Assembly: GCA_964641415.1 (NCBI GenBank)
Contig: CAZXMW010000005.1
Location: 14,760 to 78,759 of the forward strand
Length of the DNA stretch: 64,000 nt
Direction: 5' to 3'
DNA from: an uncultured Thermoanaerobaculia bacterium
GTDB lineage: Bacteria; Acidobacteriota; Thermoanaerobaculia; Thermoanaerobaculales; Sulfomarinibacteraceae
Shown: piece by piece, positions 27,926 through 36,336 of the stretch
How the letters are laid out: each line of letters starts with the position of its first letter
Position numbering within the stretch: the stretch's first letter is position 1
The notes under the pieces: model-generated
Database searches by the model: none
Seen by the model: only the letters and a program-made list of their open reading frames with translations
What the model was told of the DNA's origin: nothing
Translations under genes and position numbers: made by a program

Positions 27926-28894
27926 ATGACCACGACTCCAGTGCCGCCGCCTTCGGTCAACGGTCTTCGACGTCGTCGTCGCGAGGAAGGGATCTTCTTC
28001 CACGCTGATGACATGGGCTCGACCCCGACCATCACGACGCGGCTGTTCGACGCCTGGGACCAGGGTCTGCTCGACGGTTTCAGCGTCTTCGGTGACTGTG
28101 ACCACCCCGAGATGATCGCGGCTCGCCTCCAGGCCCGGCCGGAGCGACCGGTCCGGCTCGCGGTTCATCTCAATCTCTGGGAGGGTCGGCCGCTGGTCCG
28201 TGGGTCCGGCGTCGACCGCCTGGTCGATCGGTCGGGCAACTTCGACGTCGAGTTCGTCGGCCTGCTGCGCCGGGGTTGGGGCAAGGGCTCGCAGCGCGAG
28301 AGAAACGAGCTGGTGTCCCAAATCGAGCGCGAGTGGCGGACCCAGATCGAAAACGTGATCGAAATGATCGCCGGGCGCTCGCTGACCGCGTTGGACGGAC
28401 ACCTGCACATGCACATGGTCCCGATCCTGTTCCAGCTCGCGGTCAAGCTCTCCAGGGAGTACGGAATTCCCGAGATTCGCAACGTTCGGGAGCCCTTCTA
28501 CCTGTCCCGGAACATCCGGGAGTGCGTCACGACCAGGTTCGTGAGGAACATCACCAAACGAACCGTGCTGAACACGCTCGCGGGCGGCAACGCCCGGATC
28601 GCCGCGGACGCCGGGCTGAGGTCGCCGGACCGTTTGCTCGGCGTGCTTTACAGCGGAATGATGAGCCGTGCCAACATCGTTGCCGGCATCGCCGCGGCTC
28701 GCGCGCGAGCGGCGCGGCGGGTCGAGATTGTGGTCCATATCGGCAGGGCCGCCCGAACCGAGCTCGGTCGTTGGAGCGGCCGCCCCGGCAAGGCCGCGTT
28801 CGTCCTGAGCCCGGCACGAGACGCCGAGTATCGGGAGCTGATGTGGCTCAGGGCGCCGAAGGCCATGGTCGCGCAGGAGCGACGGGCGAAATGA
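27926..28894 (+). CDS. ChbG/YdjC/HpnK-family carbohydrate deacetylase
   Basis: The sequence reads FFHADDMGSTPTIT, then LAVHLNLWEG and DGHLHMHMVP. Confidence 0.7.
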   Translation: MTTTPVPPPSVNGLRRRRREEGIFFHADDMGSTPTITTRLFDAWDQGLLDGFSVFGDCDHPEMIAARLQARPERPVRLAVHLNLWEGRPLVRGSGVDRLVDRSGNFDVEFVGLLRRGWGKGSQRERNELVSQIEREWRTQIENVIEMIAGRSLTALDGHLHMHMVPILFQLAVKLSREYGIPEIRNVREPFYLSRNIRECVTTRFVRNITKRTVLNTLAGGNARIAADAGLRSPDRLLGVLYSGMMSRANIVAGIAAARARAARRVEIVVHIGRAARTELGRWSGRPGKAAFVLSPARDAEYRELMWLRAPKAMVAQERRAK

Positions 28895-29922
28895 TCGGGC
28901 GGCAGCAGCGCCGGCGCAGTACGCATGATCCCGACCCGGGGGCCGCAGGACGAGAGCCGATGGTCGAGATCCAGACGGCGAACGACATCGACTACGACGC
29001 CTACGCGGCCTTTCAAAGACGAGCCTTTCGGGATCTTCTCGAGCGACAAAGAGCCACCGACGACCACATGACGGCGGAATACTATCGTTGGAAGTACCGC
29101 CCGCCGAGCGGCGCCGGGCGAGTCGCCAGGGTGGTCGCGGACGGCGTCACGCTGAGCTCGAGCGCCATCTTCCCGCTCCGGGTCAGCTGCTGCGGGAGAT
29201 CCGTGACGGCGTGGCAGTACGTCGACGTCGCCACGGTACCCGAGGCTCGACGGAGGGGCCTGTTGACGGCGACCTTGCGGCGCCTCGCCGACGGTGTCGC
29301 CGACGACGAAATCCTGTACGGCTTCCCCAACGCTGGATCGCTGGGCGCCTTCGCCGCGCTCGGCTTCGCCGAGCACGGGGTCGTCACCACGTGGGCCAGT
29401 CCGGAGGTCCGGCTGGTCGCGAGGCGGCACGACAGGATTGGTCCGGTCGACCGCTTCGGGCCGGAGCACGATCTTGCCGGACGCTGCGCGGGCGGCGACG
29501 GGCCGATGGTCGACCGAGGGCACGACTACCTCAATTGGAGATACGCGGATCACCCGATCCACGACTATGCTCTGCTCGCGTACGAGGACAACGGCTGTCG
29601 GGGGATCTGTATCGTGCGCTCGGCGTCGATCATGGGCCGCGATCTGGCGCTCGTCATGGAACTCCTGGGCACGGAGCCCCAAGTCCTGACCGCGCTGCTG
29701 TCGCATGCGTCCGACTGGGCCCGCGGCTCGGGGCTCGCAGCCATCGCCCTCATGACGACCGCGCTGCCCTTGCGCACGGCGGTGCGGGTGCTGCTCGTCC
29801 CGATTCCGAGCCGCCTGCTGCGCAAACGGCAGGTGCTCATCCTTCGTGCCGGTGACCGGGTGCCGTCGGTCATGACGACCCGAGGCTGGGCCGTGCAGAC
29901 CGGTGATTGGGACGTCTTTTAG
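28891..29922 (+). CDS. Putative GNAT-family N-acetyltransferase
   Basis: The acetyl-CoA pocket-like segment reads VDVATVPEARRRGLLTATLRRL. An ATGA overlap links it to ChbG. ATG 28960 is an alternative start. Confidence 0.5.
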   Translation: MIGRQQRRRSTHDPDPGAAGREPMVEIQTANDIDYDAYAAFQRRAFRDLLERQRATDDHMTAEYYRWKYRPPSGAGRVARVVADGVTLSSSAIFPLRVSCCGRSVTAWQYVDVATVPEARRRGLLTATLRRLADGVADDEILYGFPNAGSLGAFAALGFAEHGVVTTWASPEVRLVARRHDRIGPVDRFGPEHDLAGRCAGGDGPMVDRGHDYLNWRYADHPIHDYALLAYEDNGCRGICIVRSASIMGRDLALVMELLGTEPQVLTALLSHASDWARGSGLAAIALMTTALPLRTAVRVLLVPIPSRLLRKRQVLILRAGDRVPSVMTTRGWAVQTGDWDVF

Positions 29923-30036
29923 AGCCCGGGGCCTGCAGCGCATCGAATCACGGCGGCTTTTCGGACTTCGGGTCGGCCCGTCTTTGTCGGTTGCTCGCCC
30001 CGTACTTTGTCCGCACCATTCACGAGTGATCGACCG

Positions 30037-30441
30037 TCAGCCGTCAGCTTCTCCGGTCAGCTCCTGCCAGGCTCGGACCGCCCGTCTGAGGTGTGGGATG
30101 ACGATCGACCCGCCGACCACGAGAGCGATCGCGAAGACGTCCTGGATCTCCTCGGTGGCGACGCCCTCGTCGTGGCACCGGTCGAGGTGGTAGAGCACGC
30201 AGTCGTCACAGCGCAGCACCATGGACGCCACCAGTCCGAGCATCTCCTTGGTCCGGCTCGGCAGTGCGCCGTCGCGGTAGGTCTGGCTGTCCAGGCTGAA
30301 GAAGCGCTTGATCTCGAGGTTCGCCGTGTCGAGGGTCAGCTGATTGAGCGCCTCGCGCTCGGTCCTGAAGTCGTCGATGAGGCGGTGCGGCATGGAGTCC
30401 CCCTGGTGGGCGGCGTGCCCGGTCGAGACCGGGTTTCCCAT
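30037..30441 (-). CDS. Carboxymuconolactone decarboxylase / AhpD-like family protein
   Basis: The CxxC core reads [13 protein letters not shown] in a roughly 130-aa helical protein. Confidence 0.7.
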   Translation of the reverse strand: MGNPVSTGHAAHQGDSMPHRLIDDFRTEREALNQLTLDTANLEIKRFFSLDSQTYRDGALPSRTKEMLGLVASMVLRCDDCVLYHLDRCHDEGVATEEIQDVFAIALVVGGSIVIPHLRRAVRAWQELTGEADG

Positions 30442-30563
30442 GCTACCCCGGAAACGCCCTGCGGTTGAAAAAGAGGATCGGATGCTCGAGCGCGACCGCG
30501 GTTCACGGACCGAGGATCATGTCACCTTGGCAGTGCTACCCTCCAGCTCATGAGAGACGCCCC

Positions 30564-31184
30564 ATGAGCCCCTTGCGTCCCGGAGGCGGGCGGATCGAGA
30601 TCGTCGCCGGACCGATGTTCTCCGGCAAGTCCGAGGAGCTGATCCGGTTGTTGCGACGTGCCGCCATCGCGCGCCAGCGGATCCAGGTCTTCAAGCCGGC
30701 GCTCGACAACCGCTACGCCGAAGAGGACGTCGTGTCGCACTCTCAGTGGCGGATCCCGTGCCAGGTGGTGGAGAAGGCGGACGAGATTCTGGTCCATCTC
30801 GATCCGCGGACCGAGGTCGTGGGAATTGATGAGGGACAGTTCTTCGACGATCAGTTGCCGAAGGTCTGCGGCCATCTCGCTGACCTCGGCAAGCGCGTGG
30901 TCGTGGCGGGTCTCGACATGGACTACCGGGGGGCGCCCTTCGGGCCCATGCCCGAGCTGCTCGCCATCGCCGAGGACGTCCGGAAGATCCACGCGATCTG
31001 CACCCGCTGCGGCGCGCCGGCGAGCTACACGCAGCGCCTGACCCGAGACGAGCAGCGGGTCCTGGTCGGCGCCACCGATGTCTACGAGGCCAGGTGCCGC
31101 CGGTGCCACGAGCCCGACGGTGGCGCCGGGGACCGGGCGCGCTGGTTGTTCCCGCCGAACCAGGAGACCCCCGAAAGCGGTTGA
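30564..31184 (+). CDS. tdk: Thymidine kinase
   Basis: The P-loop is [11 protein letters not shown], the Walker B-like segment is [10 protein letters not shown], and the zinc ribbon is C.RCG...C..C. Confidence 0.85.
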   Translation: MSPLRPGGGRIEIVAGPMFSGKSEELIRLLRRAAIARQRIQVFKPALDNRYAEEDVVSHSQWRIPCQVVEKADEILVHLDPRTEVVGIDEGQFFDDQLPKVCGHLADLGKRVVVAGLDMDYRGAPFGPMPELLAIAEDVRKIHAICTRCGAPASYTQRLTRDEQRVLVGATDVYEARCRRCHEPDGGAGDRARWLFPPNQETPESG

Positions 31185-31190
31185 CTGCCG

Positions 31191-31350
31191 CCTGAGGTGA
31201 GCGGTTCTGCTGGATGAGGTGCGCCACAATCCCGATACGCTGGTGGCTGCGAAAAGCGGAGGCATGCCCTTGGGTATGTCGAGTGTTTTTGCGGCCTTTC
31301 AGGGCGCGGGAGACCGGTGCAGATCGTCGGTGAGGATCGCTCATCCCAGG
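31191..31350 (+). repeat. Copy B of the roughly 160-nt repeat family
   Basis: It begins 6 nt after the tdk stop and ends 18 nt before the kinase GTG. The termini are cctgaggtga and tcatcccagg. Confidence 0.85.
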
Positions 31351-31368
31351 CGCCGGTATCATGGACCG

Positions 31369-34017
31369 GTGACCATCGGTGATCTTCATGCCGGCACGGT
31401 TCTCGGGCGCTATCGGCTCGAGGTTTGCATCGGCGAGGGCGGCATGGGCTCGGTGTGGCGGGCGCGCGACGAGGTGCTCGAGCGGGATGTCGCGCTCAAG
31501 GCGCTGCCCCGGCATGTGGTCGTCGACCCGGCGGCGGAACGTCGGTTCGAGCGCGAGGCGCGCGCCATGGGCCGGCTCCAGCATCCCAACGTGGTCGGCA
31601 TCTACGACATCGGACGCGGCGATCCGGGAACCGGAGGAGAGATCCCCTTTCTGGTCATGGAGCTGGTTCGCGGTCGGCCGCTTCATGACGTGATCGCGGC
31701 CGGACGGCCCGGCGTGGGCGAGGTTCTGAGGTGGATGGAGCAGGTTGCCCGGGCGCTCGCCGAGGCCCACGCCGCCGGCATCGTTCACCGCGATCTCAAG
31801 CCGTCCAACATCATGGTCGACGAAACCGGCCACGTGGTCGTGCTCGACTTCGGTCTCGCGCGGCTGACCCGGCAAGACGGCGAGGTCACCGAGGAGACCC
31901 TGACCACTCCGGGCATGGTCCTCGGCTCGTGTCCCTACATGGCGCCGGAGCAGGCGCTCGGCCGGGAGGTGACGCCGGCGAGCGATCTCTTCGCCTTCGG
32001 CGCGGTGCTCTACGAGGCGCTGACCGGGACACGGGCGTTCCACGGCGACACTCCGATGCGGGTGCTCCAGGCCGTGGTGCGCAGCGAGCGGGTTCCGATG
32101 GAGGACCTCGCGCCCGGCCTGCCGACCGCGGTCGTCGAGATCGTCGACCGCTGTCTCGAGCGGGACAGCTCCCGACGCTATCCGAGCGCCGGCGCGCTGG
32201 CCGCCGATCTGGCGGCGGCGGGCGCGATCGAGGCATCGTCGCCGTCGGGTGTTCTCACGACAGTCGTCAGCCACGGTCCGGAGGTTGTGGCGAGTGTGCT
32301 GCGCCGCCGGCGCCGACGTCGCGGTTTCGCCGGCGCCGTGGCGGTCGGGCTTGTCGCCGGCACAGCCGCCGGCCTGTGGTTCGGACGGCGCGGTTACGAG
32401 CCGATCCGCCCGGACCCCGGGCGCTGGACGATGACCGAACTCTACCGGGGCAGCGGGGACCTCGACCGTCCGGCATGGAGCCCGGGAGGCGACAGCCTGG
32501 CGGTCGCCCGGACCGAGGGCGACACCGGCGTCGTGGTGGTGGTTCCGGTGAGCGGTGACGACCCGAGAGTGCTGGTCCGGGGCGGCAGCCACGAAGTGCC
32601 GAGTCGGCCGAGCTTCTCGCCGGAAGCAGCGGCGGTTGCGGTGTCGGTCATCAGTGGCAGCTCTCAATCGGTTCACGTGGTCCCGGCCGTGGGAGGGCCA
32701 CCGGCGTACGAGATCGAGAACGCGCTGCACGGCGTCTGGCTCGACCGTTCGACCCTCGCCTTCTCCCGGCTGGTCGATGGAAGGTCGGCGATCTGGACCG
32801 TCGAGCTGGAAACCGGGCGCGAGGGACTGCTCGTCGACGAGCGCGACGGCCTGTCGTGGTGGGAAGTGGTTCCGCGACCGGGTGGCGGCCTGGCGCTGGT
32901 CGGTGGCGCGACCGACATCGATCCCGGGATCTTCGTCAGCGACGCCGCCGGAGATCGAGTCGACCAGTGGCTGGCGCCGGGGCGCAAGGTACAGGGCGCC
33001 GACTGGGCCCCCGGCGGAGCGGTTCTCGTGGCCTCGGTGGACGGCCAATTGGTCAAGCTCGACGGTACCCGGGTGAGCCCCCTGCTCCCCGATTCGGACG
33101 AGGTCTTCCAGTTTCCTGCGTTTTCCGACGACGGCCGGCTCGCGGCCGTGCAGAACCGCCGGACCTACGACATCATCAGCGTCGATCCGGACGGTGGCGG
33201 TTGGGAATGCCTGGTGTGCGACAGGCCTCGATCGGGGTGGGGCAGCGCGGGATCCGATGGTTCGGTTGTCTACCGGTTGACGGTCGGGGACAGCTCCCGC
33301 GTATATCTGCGCGCGCCCGGCATCGAGGCGCGCGCGCTGACGACGCCGGACGAAATGGCCTCGTGTCCGGTGATGTCACCGGACGCGATCCGCGTCGCCT
33401 ATCTGGCTCGTGTCGAAGGCAGCACCGAGCTTCGGGTCCGGCCCCGGTCGGGTGGCGATCCGGTGACCCTGGCGCGTGACGTCGAGAGCTCCGAGCTCGT
33501 CGCATGGTCGCCCGACGGGCGCAGCATCGCCTACGCCGGCGGCCGGCCTCTTCAGGTATTCGTCGTGTCGACGGCCGGCGGGACTCCGCGGGCCGTCAGC
33601 CCGAGCGGCGGCGACTATCCGAGCTGGAGCCCGGATGGGCGGTTGATCGCATTCGCGGTCTGGAACGAAGCGTCGGACCCTGCCCAGGGAACGTGGGTGG
33701 TCGCAAGCGGCGGCGGCGAACCGCGCAAGGTCGGTGAGGCGCCGACGCGAGCGGTGTGGGATCCGGTCACCGGCGAGCTTCTGCAGCTTCGTCGGTCGGC
33801 CGACGGCGCGGTGCTCGAGCTGTGGAGCGCCGATTCCGGGCGATGGAGATGGCGCCGACGCGCGGAGCTGGACATCGGGGTGAGGCCTCCGATCCAGATC
33901 GAGTATCTGCCGCTGTCGACCGATTGGCGCACCGGACGACTCGTGATGAACCGGAGGTCGGGCACGGGGCGGTTGGTCGTCTTTGACGGCATCGAGCCGG
34001 AGCGCTGGGAAAGGTGA
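31369..34017 (+). CDS. Ser/Thr protein kinase with TM segment and C-terminal TolB-like (PD40/WD40-like) beta-propeller repeats
   Basis: The kinase motifs are GEGGMGSVWRA, VALK, HRDLKPSNIM, DFGLA and APE. The C-terminus has repeated SPDG/WSPDG propeller motifs. Confidence 0.85.
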   Translation: MTIGDLHAGTVLGRYRLEVCIGEGGMGSVWRARDEVLERDVALKALPRHVVVDPAAERRFEREARAMGRLQHPNVVGIYDIGRGDPGTGGEIPFLVMELVRGRPLHDVIAAGRPGVGEVLRWMEQVARALAEAHAAGIVHRDLKPSNIMVDETGHVVVLDFGLARLTRQDGEVTEETLTTPGMVLGSCPYMAPEQALGREVTPASDLFAFGAVLYEALTGTRAFHGDTPMRVLQAVVRSERVPMEDLAPGLPTAVVEIVDRCLERDSSRRYPSAGALAADLAAAGAIEASSPSGVLTTVVSHGPEVVASVLRRRRRRRGFAGAVAVGLVAGTAAGLWFGRRGYEPIRPDPGRWTMTELYRGSGDLDRPAWSPGGDSLAVARTEGDTGVVVVVPVSGDDPRVLVRGGSHEVPSRPSFSPEAAAVAVSVISGSSQSVHVVPAVGGPPAYEIENALHGVWLDRSTLAFSRLVDGRSAIWTVELETGREGLLVDERDGLSWWEVVPRPGGGLALVGGATDIDPGIFVSDAAGDRVDQWLAPGRKVQGADWAPGGAVLVASVDGQLVKLDGTRVSPLLPDSDEVFQFPAFSDDGRLAAVQNRRTYDIISVDPDGGGWECLVCDRPRSGWGSAGSDGSVVYRLTVGDSSRVYLRAPGIEARALTTPDEMASCPVMSPDAIRVAYLARVEGSTELRVRPRSGGDPVTLARDVESSELVAWSPDGRSIAYAGGRPLQVFVVSTAGGTPRAVSPSGGDYPSWSPDGRLIAFAVWNEASDPAQGTWVVASGGGEPRKVGEAPTRAVWDPVTGELLQLRRSADGAVLELWSADSGRWRWRRRAELDIGVRPPIQIEYLPLSTDWRTGRLVMNRRSGTGRLVVFDGIEPERWER

Positions 34018-34149
34018 CGGCTCAAGACTTCTCAGAGGTTCCAGGAGCTGTGGTCAAGCGACGCGAGCTCATTCGAATGCATGAATTTATAGTGATATAC
34101 TTATCTTGAAGTCGCTACTGGAACGCGAATCGGTCGCGGCGGGTTGCTG

Positions 34150-34178
34150 TTGATCGGGTTCGGCGGTGGTGCTACATT
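34150..34178 (+). promoter_or_regulatory. Candidate sigma70-type promoter for the cytochrome gene
   Basis: The elements are TTGATC-N17-TACATT, 43 nt upstream of ATG 34221. Confidence 0.35.
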
Positions 34179-34220
34179 CGTCACGGATCGGTCATCGAGA
34201 CCGGTGGGAAACAAGGGAGG

Positions 34221-34697
34221 ATGGAGATGAAGAGAACGACGATCACCGGTGCGCTGGGTCTTGCGGCCATTGCGCTGATTGCCGTGAACCTGCAGGCCGG
34301 CGATCATGCCTATGTCGGCGCCGAAAAGTGCAAGATGTGCCACAAGGTCCAGTACAACACGTGGATCGAAACGACCCACGCCAAGTCGACCGACGCGGCC
34401 AAGGCGTCGACCGACCCGGCGTTCGATGCCGCCTGCCTGAGCTGCCACGCGACCAACGCCGACGAGTCGCTGCCCGGCGTCCAGTGTGAGGCCTGCCACG
34501 GCCCCGGCGCAGACTTCAAGAAGATGAGCATCATGAAGGACCGCGAGGCCGCCGTGGCCAACGGTCTGATCATTCCGAGCCAGGAAACCTGCGACAACTG
34601 CCACAAGGATGACGGCCATTCGAAGGCTGTGGTCTACGCGGATCATCTCGACAATCCGGCCGCAATGCACGAGTTCAAGAACCCGCCCGGCGAGTGA
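34221..34697 (+). CDS. Small secreted tetraheme c-type cytochrome
   Basis: There are four CxxCH motifs (CKMCH, CLSCH, CEACH, CDNCH) and a signal/TM segment. A gggagg RBS is present. Confidence 0.85.
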   Translation: MEMKRTTITGALGLAAIALIAVNLQAGDHAYVGAEKCKMCHKVQYNTWIETTHAKSTDAAKASTDPAFDAACLSCHATNADESLPGVQCEACHGPGADFKKMSIMKDREAAVANGLIIPSQETCDNCHKDDGHSKAVVYADHLDNPAAMHEFKNPPGE

Positions 34698-34776
34698 TCG
34701 CCCGGCTCGAAGACCACACGACGGTGGGCGCGGTCGAACCTGTGCCCGCCGTTTTTTCTTGACCACCGCTGACGCC

Positions 34777-35076
34777 ATGCAGTCCTTCGAGTTCCAATCG
34801 ACCACGCCGATCGACTTCGTCGACCGGGTCCGAGCGGGTCTGGCCGCCCGCGGCTACGACCGCAACCTCGCGATCACACTCGAGAGTGATCGCTTGATCG
34901 TCCGGTTTTGCTGGCTGGGCGCCTCGAGCTTCGAGTACCGCGTGACCGAGAGTGGCGACGGTTTTCGCGCCGACCTCGTCGGCCAGCGGGTCGCCCCCCT
35001 CCACGCCCCCTTCGCCGACCGTTTCGAAGGCTACTTCAATCAGGCCCTCGAGGAACTGGGTGCAACGGCCGTGTGA
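34777..35076 (+). CDS. Hypothetical 99-aa protein
   Basis: The ORF has GC-typical codon usage and starts MQSFEFQSTT. It is followed by a strong terminator. No motif was recognised. Confidence 0.45.
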   Translation: MQSFEFQSTTPIDFVDRVRAGLAARGYDRNLAITLESDRLIVRFCWLGASSFEYRVTESGDGFRADLVGQRVAPLHAPFADRFEGYFNQALEELGATAV

Positions 35077-35086
35077 GGAAACGACT

Positions 35087-35142
35087 CTCTGAAAACGAGA
35101 GACGCTCGGGCCCGTCAGCCCGAGCGTCTCTCGTTTTCAGAG
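35087..35142. terminator. Bidirectional hairpin terminator, 25-bp perfect stem
   Basis: The stem is ctctgaaaacgagagacgctcgggc / gcccgagcgtctctcgttttcagag with a 6-nt loop. It lies between convergent genes. Confidence 0.75.
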
Positions 35143-35159
35143 TCTGAACCGCGTTCCGG

Positions 35160-36323
35160 CTACGCCATCTCGAGCAGATACGCGAAGCCCATTCCGCCAC
35201 CGATGCACATGGTCACGATGCCGCGCTTGGCGCCGCGGCGTTTGAGCTCGCCGAGGATCTTGACCGTCAGAACGGCGCCGGTCGCGCCGAGCGGATGTCC
35301 GGTGGCGATGGCGCCGCCGTTGACGTTGGTCTTTTCGGGGTCGAGTCCGAGCTCGTTGACGCAGTACACCGACTGGCTGGCGAATGCCTCGTTGATCTCG
35401 ACCAGGTCGATGTCGTCGAGGGTCATGCCGGTCTTGGCGAGGAGCTTGGGAACCGCCTTGACCGGCCCGATGCCCATGATGTCGGGCTCGACACCGGCCA
35501 CCGCCCATTGGCGGACGAACGCGATCGGTTCGAGACCGAGCTCGGCGGCCCGATCGTCGCCCATGATCACCACGGCGGCGGCGCCGTCGTTGATCTGTGA
35601 CGCATTCCCCGCAGTCACGGTGCCTTTGGGATCAAAGACCGGTTTGAGCCGGGCCAACCCCTCGACGGTGGTGTCGGCGCGCGGGCCCTCGTCCTTGGAG
35701 AACACCAGCTCCTTCCATGAACCGTTGACCCGGGTCCGCACCCCGAGGGGCACGATTTCTTCGGCAAAGACTCCCGACTCGAGAGCGGCCACCGCTTTCT
35801 TGTGTGAGTTGCAGGCGAACTCGTCCTGGATCTCCCGGGTGATGCCGAACTTCCGCGCGACCACCTCGGCGGTGGTTCCCATGGCGGCGTAGGCGTTGGG
35901 GAGGTCCTCCATCAGCTGGGGGTAGGCGATGGGTTTGTTGCCGCCCATCTCGACCATGGACATGGATTCGAGCCCTCCGGCGATGATGATGTCGGCATTG
36001 CCGGCTCGGATCGTGTCGGCGGCCAGTGCGATGGTCTGTGAGCCCGAGCAGCAGAACCGGTTGACGGTCATGGCGGGGACATCGACCGGGAAGCCGGCGG
36101 CCAGAGAGACCAGCCGCGCGACATTCATACCCTGCTCGCCTTCGGGCATGGCGCAGCCGAGGATGATGTCGTCGACCATGGCCTTGTCGAGCCCTGGGGT
36201 GCGCTCGACCAGCGCTTCGAGCATCTTGGATGTGAAGAACTCCGGTCGGGTGTCCTTGAGGCTGCCCTTCTTGGCCCGACCGATGGGCGTTCTCGCGACT
36301 GAAACGATGACGGCTTCTCGCAT
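35160..36323 (-). CDS. fadA: Acetyl-CoA C-acyltransferase (thiolase)
   Basis: The sequence reads [10 protein letters not shown] (active Cys), NEAFA and [14 protein letters not shown], and CIGGGMG lies near the C-terminus. Confidence 0.9.
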   Translation of the reverse strand: MREAVIVSVARTPIGRAKKGSLKDTRPEFFTSKMLEALVERTPGLDKAMVDDIILGCAMPEGEQGMNVARLVSLAAGFPVDVPAMTVNRFCCSGSQTIALAADTIRAGNADIIIAGGLESMSMVEMGGNKPIAYPQLMEDLPNAYAAMGTTAEVVARKFGITREIQDEFACNSHKKAVAALESGVFAEEIVPLGVRTRVNGSWKELVFSKDEGPRADTTVEGLARLKPVFDPKGTVTAGNASQINDGAAAVVIMGDDRAAELGLEPIAFVRQWAVAGVEPDIMGIGPVKAVPKLLAKTGMTLDDIDLVEINEAFASQSVYCVNELGLDPEKTNVNGGAIATGHPLGATGAVLTVKILGELKRRGAKRGIVTMCIGGGMGFAYLLEMA

Positions 36324-36336
36324 GGCTACTCCCTCT

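Noticed and set aside
30993-31004. 12-nt match gcgatctgcacc inside tdk to the reverse complement of the repeat-family motif ggtgcagatcgc
   Set aside because: It lies within conserved coding sequence (HAICTRCG zinc ribbon) and has no flanking similarity. It is most likely coincidental.
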